From contig CAZVJU010000001.1 in NCBI GenBank assembly GCA_964627195.1, forward strand, positions 9,066-73,065: DNA of 64,000 bases, read 5' to 3'. A model generated the notes under the pieces. That model worked only from the letters and a program-made list of their open reading frames with translations. It was not told the DNA's origin and did not search any database. Below, piece by piece: positions 30,296 through 38,639 of this stretch; position 1 is the first letter of the stretch; every line of letters begins with the position of its first letter. The DNA comes from an uncultured Gammaproteobacteria bacterium (GTDB lineage Bacteria > Patescibacteriota > Microgenomatia > UBA8517). The translations under genes and the position numbers were made by a program.

Positions 30296-31948
30296 TTAAG
30301 GCAAAGCTATATTAGTGGACGTACCCGTAAAACCTTCGTATTGCTCAAATCCGACTTTGAATTCGCAATTTACATTTTTCTTATCACACTTTGGATAAGG
30401 AAGAGTAACGGTTTCTCCATTCGGATCTGGTGGAAATAATAATCCATCAAGATTATATTTTCCATCAAATGGAACTGGCAGATAACACTTCTCTTGTCCT
30501 GGACAAAGATTTCCGGTTGTATGCCTATTATCCAAACTAAGGTGTACATGAGAGGTGCTTCTTGTACCCAATATCTTACCTCGCAACACTCTGTCTCCTA
30601 CTTCAACATTCCAAGTGGCAAAATGGCAAACATTCAAGTTTAATCCGTTATCCAAAGTAATACGCAGTCCTACACATCCCCCTTCTAGTTTTCCTCTAAA
30701 GCTTACATTTCCATCACCAGGCGCCAAAATCTGCGTGTCACTCTGCAGGTTCGGCACCATATCCAAACCAAACAGCTGATTCCTGCAATGATCAGGTCCT
30801 ATACCAACATGGCAACCTGTACTAGTTTGATCTCGATTATTAAAATAGCCACTTGTAACAGTCCATGCAACTCCGTTATTAAATGGCGACAATAAAGAAA
30901 AATCGCTCTCAGGCGGACCATGCTGGTTAGAAAGATTGACCTGGCCAATTTTATGTACATTGTTCTCTGTGAACCAAAGATTGCCATCTGATCCCAATAC
31001 TATGAAAGTAGGATTACTCTCAGCTGTAGGGACTGCAAATTCGGTAACTTTTCCTTTAGTATCAATTTTACTGACTTTATTCGCATTAGGATCTTGCTCG
31101 GTAAACCAAAGGTTTCCATCAGCGTCTTTGGTAATGCCATATGGGTAACTGTTGCTAGTTGGTATTGGAAACTCTGTAATATCACCATTCAAAGTAATCT
31201 GTCCTATTTTATTAACACCTGGATCTGTAAACCAAAGACTGCTACCGTATCCTGTTGTAATAATAAGAGGTGTACTATTTTCTATAGTGACTGGAAATTC
31301 TGTAATATCCCCACTAATTGTGATCCGACCGATCTTATTATTATTCAATTCCGTGAACCACAAATTAGTATCCGAACCTAACGTTATGCTGAACGGATAA
31401 CTAATGCTACTTGGGAGTGAAAACTCAGTGATGCTACCGCTTGGGGTAATACGTCCTATCTTGCCTGAACCGGATTCTGTAAACCAAAGATTACTGTCTG
31501 AACCAGCCGTAATTGTCATCGGTTCACTATTAGGAGTAGGGATTGAGAACTCAGAAATCACACCATTTGGAGTGATTTTTCCTATCTTATTTGCATACGT
31601 CTCTGTAAACCAAAGATTATCGTCTGGTCCTAATGTAATACCAAAAGGGCCACTATCATTAGTAGGTATTGGAAACTCTGTAACATCACCATTTGGAGTT
31701 ATACGTCCTATCTTATTTGAATTATGACCCTGCTCTGTAAACCATAAATTACCATCTGGTCCTGATGTAATACCCACCGGACTAGCCTCAAAAGTAGGAA
31801 TAGAAAACTCTATAACTGTTATTTTTTCTTTTGCACTTATACGAACAAAGAAGATTGCCAATGATGCAATGATCGTCGCAGCAATACCAAATACAACCGA
31901 TATAAGTATATATTTTGATTTAAAAACATCTTTCTTAATTTTTTTCAT
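30296..31948 (-). CDS. Membrane-anchored 7-blade Vgb (streptogramin lyase)-like beta-propeller fused to an M23/LytM-like peptidase domain
   Basis: N-terminal TM, then seven ~42-aa repeats (GITxGxDGNLWFTExxxNKIGRITxxGxITEFPIP). The C-terminus reads ILAPGDGNVSF...VCHFATWNVEVGDRVLRGKILGTRSTSHVHLSLD (M23 HxH half). The first M23 motif (HxxxD) is divergent. Confidence 0.65.
   Translation of the reverse strand: MKKIKKDVFKSKYILISVVFGIAATIIASLAIFFVRISAKEKITVIEFSIPTFEASPVGITSGPDGNLWFTEQGHNSNKIGRITPNGDVTEFPIPTNDSGPFGITLGPDDNLWFTETYANKIGKITPNGVISEFSIPTPNSEPMTITAGSDSNLWFTESGSGKIGRITPSGSITEFSLPSSISYPFSITLGSDTNLWFTELNNNKIGRITISGDITEFPVTIENSTPLIITTGYGSSLWFTDPGVNKIGQITLNGDITEFPIPTSNSYPYGITKDADGNLWFTEQDPNANKVSKIDTKGKVTEFAVPTAESNPTFIVLGSDGNLWFTENNVHKIGQVNLSNQHGPPESDFSLLSPFNNGVAWTVTSGYFNNRDQTSTGCHVGIGPDHCRNQLFGLDMVPNLQSDTQILAPGDGNVSFRGKLEGGCVGLRITLDNGLNLNVCHFATWNVEVGDRVLRGKILGTRSTSHVHLSLDNRHTTGNLCPGQEKCYLPVPFDGKYNLDGLLFPPDPNGETVTLPYPKCDKKNVNCEFKVGFEQYEGFTGTSTNIALP
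30913..31783 (-). repeat. Coding tandem repeats (7 x ~126 nt) encoding the propeller blades
   Basis: The periodicity is visible in both the protein and the DNA. It also generates the antisense shadow ORFs in the track. Confidence 0.8.
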
Positions 31949-32029
31949 CTAAACAAAATTGTACTCTTTATTTATTTTTATTAGATTATATTAATTTTTA
32001 GATTACAAAACAGTTTGTGTCAGGAAAGC

Positions 32030-33829
32030 TTAAAACCTATCCCACTCAAAGTCATACCACAGATCCGCGGTATTTGATCCATTGAGACCATGAGCACTAA
32101 AGGCTTTGCCAGAGGGTAAAGAGTATACCGAATTATTGGTCCCGTCCCATACTATAGAATAAAAATCAAGATTAGCATCTCCCATCAACACCATAATATC
32201 ATCATCATCTCCTTGCGGAGTCATTCTTACTGTTTTAAGAGCACCGCCTAACGTATTCAAACTCACTTGACTTGAATCAGGATCCCAAGTGTTTGTCGAA
32301 GGGTTATACTGCTTTAGTTTTGGGACGGCTGTTCTGTCGGAATAAACAACGATAGCTCGTTCACCTGACGTTGCTTCATAGGATACCTGGAAACTCCGCT
32401 GATTGCCGGTATCTGTTGTCGTTTCAATAATATAATTTGTTGGTGTTGTCCAGGCTGGCGTAAAGTTGCTTTCATAGCAACGGATATCTTCTCCCGTATC
32501 TGTTGCACAAGCAATAAATTCATCTCCTCCTATTCGCCCTTCCACAGATACTGCAACCAATCTTGATTGAGCTGGTGCATCTACTGTCCCTGTCCATGAA
32601 CCTCCACCGGTACCATTGGCTGTCCATATTTTGATATTCATCCGTGTATCAGTTCCGGCATTGGAGTACACAAGTGCACCCTTTGTAGACGCATTAGGAC
32701 TCCAAGCAAAATCAACGAGTTCTCTATTATTTGCCGGTGCCGCTCCTGAATGTTGAGCGTGCAATATCCAATCGGCTAATTCATAGGTATTATTCGTTCC
32801 TAAATTAAAATATTCCGTATTAGTATCACTTGTTTGGTCAAATACAGCTACCATAGCCTCAGTAGTACCGGGTCTTCTTCGAGCAACAATATATGTCGGA
32901 ATTCCTCCTACTACTCTTGTGTCGAGCTGTCCTGACCAAGAAGTACCGTTCCATACTCTATACCGAGGTGTCGTAGAATTATTCGAATAAACAGCCATAA
33001 AATCACCATTCGCAAGGTAAGTACCATCAAAATTGCGTACATCAAGAAAACTGGTAGAGTTCCAAAATGCTAATAAATTGACATTACCCCAACCTGTTCC
33101 ATTATGTACTTGAGCATAAATATATTGCGTAGCCCCATTATAGTGTCTTGAAATCATGATTTTTTCATTTCTCGTAGGAGAAGCATACAATCTGACTGCG
33201 CGTAGGACTCTGTTAGTAGTACCGTCGATGTCAGCAGCTAACTGTACAGCTCCCCAGGTACCCGATGCGTCGAGTATTTTGTAACTAATAGTATCCAGAG
33301 TAGTTCCTCCATCCCCATAGACCAACACGCCACCCTTTTCGGTTGCAATTGCTTTCCGAAAATTTGTCACATAGTTGGAAAGTGTAATACTCCTTGCCCT
33401 GACATCTGAAAAATTCCAATTTACTTCTGCTGTCACTTTTTTGGTGTCAGGATCAGTCGTCCCACCAGAGCTAACTATATTTCCGTTTACATCCCGATTA
33501 ACTGTCGAAACTAGCATACTTCTCGTAAAGCGGCCAGAGGGATCGGTATCGCTTCCCGGGCCGTTAAATTCCCAAAACCCATTGCTTCTTCGTAATTTAA
33601 GCGTTCCGGCCGACAAGTTCGACCATCCCTGATTCTTTATAGATCGAACAGCTTCCATCCCTTCCCCCGCATAAAGAGTCGCAAAAGTTTCCTCCTCGCC
33701 TAATCTATTAACTGAATAACTATGCAGGATTGTAGTTATGCCTGTTACCGCAATTATCGCAAACATAAAAACAGCCAGCATAACTTCTACAATCGAAAAC
33801 CCTTGATTTGTAGTTTCTTTTTTCCCCAT
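32030..33829 (-). CDS. Giant pseudopilin (599 aa), candidate tip/adhesin pilin
   Basis: Prepilin motif NQG|FSIVEVMLAVFMFAIIAV, followed by a ~560-aa beta-rich, W/Y/N/T-rich domain. Confidence 0.75.
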   Translation of the reverse strand: MGKKETTNQGFSIVEVMLAVFMFAIIAVTGITTILHSYSVNRLGEEETFATLYAGEGMEAVRSIKNQGWSNLSAGTLKLRRSNGFWEFNGPGSDTDPSGRFTRSMLVSTVNRDVNGNIVSSGGTTDPDTKKVTAEVNWNFSDVRARSITLSNYVTNFRKAIATEKGGVLVYGDGGTTLDTISYKILDASGTWGAVQLAADIDGTTNRVLRAVRLYASPTRNEKIMISRHYNGATQYIYAQVHNGTGWGNVNLLAFWNSTSFLDVRNFDGTYLANGDFMAVYSNNSTTPRYRVWNGTSWSGQLDTRVVGGIPTYIVARRRPGTTEAMVAVFDQTSDTNTEYFNLGTNNTYELADWILHAQHSGAAPANNRELVDFAWSPNASTKGALVYSNAGTDTRMNIKIWTANGTGGGSWTGTVDAPAQSRLVAVSVEGRIGGDEFIACATDTGEDIRCYESNFTPAWTTPTNYIIETTTDTGNQRSFQVSYEATSGERAIVVYSDRTAVPKLKQYNPSTNTWDPDSSQVSLNTLGGALKTVRMTPQGDDDDIMVLMGDANLDFYSIVWDGTNNSVYSLPSGKAFSAHGLNGSNTADLWYDFEWDRF

Positions 33830-33831
33830 CT

Positions 33832-34299
33832 TTAATTAATCTCGATTCCACCTACTTCATTTAATCGAACTAATGTTGTTCCCGAATCGTTAGTTAGTGT
33901 GACAGTTAACGGAAGCGCGCCTGACGGCTCTCCTCTTTTCCCTGTAATTCCGGAAAATGTTACTTCAGAAAGTCCTGATACATTTACTCCCGGCAAATTA
34001 TAAATTTCGCTAAAAGTCGGAGAAGAACAGCTTCCGCTAAATAACAAAAGGTTATTCCCACTCATGCAAACTCCCCAGGTAGTATTATTTTTCCCGTCCA
34101 TCGCATAACTTTGGGCTTTGCGAATTGCCCCAACTATTTTGTCGCCTGCAACTTCTAAATTATTACTTGCAAGAAAAGAAACCAGCGAAGTCCCCGAAAG
34201 AAGCGCCAAGATGGAGATAATGGCAACAACTAGTATCAGCTCAATGAGGGTAAATCCCGAGCTCTGAAATATGGAATTTGTTTTTTTCTCATTGGTCAT
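33832..34299 (-). CDS. Type IV pseudopilin (GspH/FimT-like size)
   Basis: SSG|FTLIELILVVAIISILALL. Confidence 0.8.
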   Translation of the reverse strand: MTNEKKTNSIFQSSGFTLIELILVVAIISILALLSGTSLVSFLASNNLEVAGDKIVGAIRKAQSYAMDGKNNTTWGVCMSGNNLLLFSGSCSSPTFSEIYNLPGVNVSGLSEVTFSGITGKRGEPSGALPLTVTLTNDSGTTLVRLNEVGGIEIN

Positions 34300-34300
34300 A

Positions 34301-35380
34301 TCACCTGCGAATTGATCCTGTCAGTTCATAAATTGGCGAGATAATTGACAGAGCTAAAAAGCCTACAAATAACCCAATAGCAATAAGGAGAACTGGTTCG
34401 ATGACACTGCCCAGATTTTTGCTTATGTCATCCACTTCGTCTTCATAAAAGACGGCCAAGTAAAGCAAAGTCTCATCCAATTTACCGGTTTTTTCTCCAA
34501 CCGCAACCATTCTTGATACAAGCGGAGGGTATTTACTAAACTTAATATTCTCCATAGTACGCCCCACATCTTTCCCTTTAGCCAAAGACGATGAGATGCT
34601 CAAAAGCTGTCTTCTAAATTGGATATTTGATAAAGTGTCAGCAGTAACTTCCAAGGCTTTTATAATTGGCGTACCGCTTTGCAAAAGTGTTCCCAAATTT
34701 CTCGAAAACTGGGCCAGTTGGGAATAACTGACCAGCTCTCCGATAACAGGTATTTTTAATATGACTGCGTGCCAATAAGGTTTTACTCTTGGGAGCTGAA
34801 TAGCAAATCGGGTAAGGATGAGAACTCCGGCAAGTCCCAAAAAAATAACTATGCCGTAATCTCTCATTGTCGTGCCCATAAATAAGAGCACTTTTGTACT
34901 AAAGGGAAGATCAATCTCAAAAGATTCAAAAAAATCAACTAACCTGGGAAGAATAAAAAATGAAATGAAGCTACCGACTACCAGTGCCAAAGATAAAACT
35001 AGGCCGGGATAAATGAGAGCACTTCTTACCTTTTTCTTGAGAGAGTGACTTTTGACAAGTTGGTCAACCAAAAATTCCAAATTGTCTACCAAAGTACCGG
35101 AGGTTTCACCTATTTCAATGAGGCTGATATAAAAATCGTCAAACCAGCGCGGATGCTTTCTGAAAGAATCGGCCAAAGACTTCCCGTTTTTAACATCAGA
35201 AAGAACTGCAGTAAGAACTTCTTTGAAGTAACTTGATCGGGTTTGCGAAGCCAACGTCTCTAACACTTCTGTTACAGGCAAACCAGCCTTCAACATCACA
35301 GAAATATGTTTAGTGAAAACAAGTTTTTCCTGCTGATTAACTTTTTTGAATATAGTAAATGACTGGGCAGAATTAGACAT
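34301..35380 (-). CDS. pilC: Type IV pilus platform protein PilC (T2SS F family)
   Basis: Two T2SSF-type repeats (LKAGLPVTEVLETLA... and LLQSGTPIIKALEVTA...) and 3 TM helices. Confidence 0.9.
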   Translation of the reverse strand: MSNSAQSFTIFKKVNQQEKLVFTKHISVMLKAGLPVTEVLETLASQTRSSYFKEVLTAVLSDVKNGKSLADSFRKHPRWFDDFYISLIEIGETSGTLVDNLEFLVDQLVKSHSLKKKVRSALIYPGLVLSLALVVGSFISFFILPRLVDFFESFEIDLPFSTKVLLFMGTTMRDYGIVIFLGLAGVLILTRFAIQLPRVKPYWHAVILKIPVIGELVSYSQLAQFSRNLGTLLQSGTPIIKALEVTADTLSNIQFRRQLLSISSSLAKGKDVGRTMENIKFSKYPPLVSRMVAVGEKTGKLDETLLYLAVFYEDEVDDISKNLGSVIEPVLLIAIGLFVGFLALSIISPIYELTGSIRR

Positions 35381-35430
35381 ATTACAGATGTCACCTTTAA
35401 TTCAGAACTATAAATGGCGTGACATATGCC

Positions 35431-35473
35431 AAAGAAATCACATTTTTAAACTTAAATAAAATGTGATTTCTTT
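35431..35473 (-). promoter_or_regulatory. Perfect 16-bp hairpin between pilB and pilC
   Basis: AAAGAAATCACATTTT (35431-35446) pairs with AAAATGTGATTTCTTT (35458-35473). The right arm overlaps the pilB stop codon. Confidence 0.45.
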
Positions 35474-37283
35474 ATTCTTTGGTAACTCGAATTATTTCCT
35501 CTATTGTGGTTACTCCACTTTTCACCTTATCAACTCCGTCATCAAGCATTGTTTTCATACCTGCCTTTTTAGCAATTTCCAAAAGGATTCCAGCATCCTT
35601 TTTGTCTACTATTGCTTCACGTATCTTACGATCAACACTCAGAACTTCGAAAATACCGACCCGCCCCAAATAGCCAGTATAGTGGCAGGGATCACATCCC
35701 TTACCTTTATATATATGACCTTTTAGCGTATCTTTAAATTTATCAAGAATAGAGTCATTTATTCCTGAAATTAGCCCATTTTCACCTAACTCCCCACCTT
35801 GGATAATTTCTTCAACACCCACCGAAATCCTGCACTTCTGACAAATTTTCCTGACCAATCTTTGGCCTATCACTATATTTACGCAAGATGAGATCAAAAA
35901 CGGCTCAACCCCAAGATCAAGCAACCTAGGAAAGGCGGTTACCGCATCATTTGTGTGAAGAGTTGACAAAAGCAGATGGCCCGTCATGGCAGCATTGACT
36001 GAAATATCAGCAGTTTCCTGGTCCCGAATTTCCCCTACCAATATAATATCAGGATCCTGTCTGACTATTGCCCTTAAACCTTTAGCAAAAGTAAGATCGG
36101 TTTTAGGATTAGCCTGAATTTGATTGACGCCTTCGATTCCATATTCAACCGGATCTTCAATAGTCATTATATTAACCTTTCTTTCATTCAGGATTTTTAA
36201 AATTGCGTAAAGCGTCGTTGTCTTCCCACTTCCGGTCGGACCAGTTACCAGGATCATTCCGTGCGGTTTTTTATAGGCATCTTCCAACACTCTGAGATTG
36301 TCCTCAACCAAACCCAAGTCTTGAAGTGAAAATTGGCGGGATTTTTCCGACAGAAGACGCATGACTACTTTTTCTCCATTTGTAATTGGGACAATTGAAA
36401 CTCGAATATCCAAGTCTTCATCTTGGGTAGAGTAGCTTATTTTTCCATCTTGGGAAGACTGATGTTCATCCGTTCTTAGTTTAGCTAGCACCTTCACTCT
36501 AGTAATTATTTGAGAATGAAGTGTCTCAGGAAGTTTAACAATATCGTGCAAAATTCCATCAATACGGAAACGCACAAGCGACATCTGTTTTAAAGGTTCT
36601 ATATGGACATCTGAAGCTGAATTTTGATATGCATATTGGATGATCAAATCAACAATTTTAACTATCGATGGCTCCGGAATCACGGATCCCTTTACTCTCC
36701 GAAGGCTTTCCTTAATTATCGTGTCAAAAACCTCTTCTACATCTTTAGCATACAAACTCAATCCATTTGTGATATCTCTTTTTGATGAATAATAAGGGAT
36801 AACCTTTACCCCAACCTTTTTCTCTACAAACTGAATAGTCTCTTTGTCTAAAGGATGCTCCATTGCTACATGCAATCCCGCTTTGTCCATTTTGAAGGCA
36901 ATCAGTCTTTGTTTTTTGGCATAGATTTCAGGTAACATTTTGGCAACTTTTTCGTCTATGCCGACTGTCGATAAATTTATGTAAGGGACGGATATAATGT
37001 CAGAAATTACTTTACCTACATTCTCATCGGAAATTAATTCTCTATCAACTAAAATTTGTCCCAGAGGAATTTTTTGGTCTTCTGAGTCCTCGGAAGCCTG
37101 GTCTAATTGTGAAGACGGAATTACTCCAAGCTCCTTAAGTTCGTTATATAGATCTTCATTTTTATAACAGCATTCAAGAAAACCACGGGCTTCAGCCCGT
37201 GGATGAATTGAACGCTGTTCGTCATCCTCTTTTTTAGAGGAAACCCCGCCTTTCAAGGTGGGGAGGATGTCATAAAGGCTCAT
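35472..37283 (-). CDS. pilB: Type IV pilus assembly ATPase PilB (GspE family)
   Basis: Walker A GPTGSGKTT, Asp/His boxes, Walker B ILVGEIRD, a C-terminal CxxC...CxxC cluster and a T2SSE_N domain (LGQILVDRELISDENV). The first 41 codons are encoded by repeat copy 2. Confidence 0.93.
   Translation of the reverse strand: MSLYDILPTLKGGVSSKKEDDEQRSIHPRAEARGFLECCYKNEDLYNELKELGVIPSSQLDQASEDSEDQKIPLGQILVDRELISDENVGKVISDIISVPYINLSTVGIDEKVAKMLPEIYAKKQRLIAFKMDKAGLHVAMEHPLDKETIQFVEKKVGVKVIPYYSSKRDITNGLSLYAKDVEEVFDTIIKESLRRVKGSVIPEPSIVKIVDLIIQYAYQNSASDVHIEPLKQMSLVRFRIDGILHDIVKLPETLHSQIITRVKVLAKLRTDEHQSSQDGKISYSTQDEDLDIRVSIVPITNGEKVVMRLLSEKSRQFSLQDLGLVEDNLRVLEDAYKKPHGMILVTGPTGSGKTTTLYAILKILNERKVNIMTIEDPVEYGIEGVNQIQANPKTDLTFAKGLRAIVRQDPDIILVGEIRDQETADISVNAAMTGHLLLSTLHTNDAVTAFPRLLDLGVEPFLISSCVNIVIGQRLVRKICQKCRISVGVEEIIQGGELGENGLISGINDSILDKFKDTLKGHIYKGKGCDPCHYTGYLGRVGIFEVLSVDRKIREAIVDKKDAGILLEIAKKAGMKTMLDDGVDKVKSGVTTIEEIIRVTKE
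37161..37276 (+). repeat. Two-hairpin repeat element, copy 2 (inside the pilB 5' end)
   Basis: The same conserved blocks as copy 1. Its apical stems are CCACGGGC/GCCCGTGG and CCCCGCCTT/AAGGTGGGG. Confidence 0.85.
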
Positions 37284-37318
37284 TGTTCTTACTATCTTCT
37301 TGGCATTTAGGCTGGTTT

Positions 37319-37693
37319 TTAAACCCCATCTTCGAGAATTTTTTTTATCTTTGCCAAAACCTCCTTCATCGTAAGATCGGTTTTAACTATATAATCATTA
37401 GCACCCATTTGTACTGCTTTAACGACATCATCAGGCTGACTTAAGTTTGAAGCCACAATAATCGGAGTATTTTTCCATTTAGCATTTTTTTTTATTTCTT
37501 CCAAAAATGAAAATCCATCCCTCACAGGCATCATTAAATCGAGGATTATTAAGTCTGGCAAGAAAGAATCCAGAGCTTGGAGGGCCTCATCACCATTACT
37601 TACCGTTTTTACTTCATATTGAGCCTTAGATAATTTTACACGGTAAGCACTTGCCAAAAATTTATCATCCTCGGCAATTAGTATTTTCTTCAT
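37319..37693 (-). CDS. Single-domain response regulator (receiver only)
   Basis: Motifs ILIAEDD, IILDLMMPVRDG and a conserved Lys region (IVASNL...). I prefer the start MKKILIAEDD. Confidence 0.9.
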   Translation of the reverse strand: MKKILIAEDDKFLASAYRVKLSKAQYEVKTVSNGDEALQALDSFLPDLIILDLMMPVRDGFSFLEEIKKNAKWKNTPIIVASNLSQPDDVVKAVQMGANDYIVKTDLTMKEVLAKIKKILEDGV

Positions 37694-37801
37694 AAAACCT
37701 CTTTCAAAACTCACCTTTCAGGTTCGTTTTGAGAGCTCACGCTAGCTTACACTGAGTAGCAGTGCCAAGCTTTGCTTATATGAACTAGTTTTAAAACCAG
37801 T

Positions 37802-38185
37802 TCATAATATTCCAAGTTCATATTTAACTTTTGCAATCACTTCATCTAACTTCCAATCAGTTTTCACTAAATAAGTGTTTACGCCTCTTTCCCGGCTTTC
37901 TCTGATACTGTCTGCTTTGGAAAGATTACTAAGAATAATAACGGGGACCTTCTTACCCCAATCATCTTCACGTAACTTATCAAGCATCGTAATTCCATCC
38001 ATCTCAGGCAAAATTAAATCCAATAAAATAAGATCAGGATGTTCCTGGAGTGCAACTTCTAAACCACTCACGCCGTTAAATGCTACGAGAACCTGAAAGT
38101 CTGAATCTTCCAGCTTCTTTTTTAAGGCTTTAACCGAAAACATCTCGTCTTCAACGATCAAAATTTTATATTTTTTGTCTGACAT
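37802..38185 (-). CDS. Single-domain response regulator (receiver only)
   Basis: Motifs ILIVEDE and ILLDLILPEMDG. It is 127 aa with no output domain. Confidence 0.9.
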   Translation of the reverse strand: MSDKKYKILIVEDEMFSVKALKKKLEDSDFQVLVAFNGVSGLEVALQEHPDLILLDLILPEMDGITMLDKLREDDWGKKVPVIILSNLSKADSIRESRERGVNTYLVKTDWKLDEVIAKVKYELGIL

Positions 38186-38208
38186 ACCAAATTGTATTAT
38201 CTTACTTC

Positions 38209-38610
38209 TCAGACAGATTTTTGATTCTCTGTTATGACCTCGTCAATAATTTTTACAATGTCATCCAGACGATACTGAGCTTTTAGGAGATATTTTTTAG
38301 CTCCAAGTGCAAACATTGCTTTTTTCTTTTCTTCGCCTGCAGAATTACTTACGACAATAACTGGGATACTGCGCCATTTGGCATTATTACTAATCTCGAC
38401 CATAAAATCCATTCCACTCATCTCAGGTAGATAGTAATCTAGCCAAATAGCAGTTGGGTTCTCATCCAAATTTTTCAAATAGTCTATTGCCTGCTTTGCC
38501 GATATACAAGTAATGGTGGAGTAGCCGCTTACTTTTAACTTTTTCGCAATAACCTGAAGTAAGGTTACTTCATCCTCCACAACCATTATTGTTTTTGCCT
38601 CTGATACCAT
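38209..38610 (-). CDS. Single-domain response regulator (receiver only)
   Basis: Motifs MVVEDE and IWLDYYLPEMSG. It is 133 aa with no output domain. Confidence 0.88.
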   Translation of the reverse strand: MVSEAKTIMVVEDEVTLLQVIAKKLKVSGYSTITCISAKQAIDYLKNLDENPTAIWLDYYLPEMSGMDFMVEISNNAKWRSIPVIVVSNSAGEEKKKAMFALGAKKYLLKAQYRLDDIVKIIDEVITENQKSV

Positions 38611-38639
38611 ATCTATACTTTACCACAAAATCCGCATTT

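Noticed and set aside
30555-31727. A cluster of plus-strand and off-frame ORFs (62-107 aa) with repetitive sequence
   Set aside because: They are generated by the tandem blade repeats of the propeller gene on the opposite strand or in another frame.
30913-31783. Regular ~126-bp periodic repeats that could be mistaken for a CRISPR or satellite array
   Set aside because: The period corresponds to 42-aa propeller blades of one long ORF. The repeats are divergent, contiguous and have no unique spacers.
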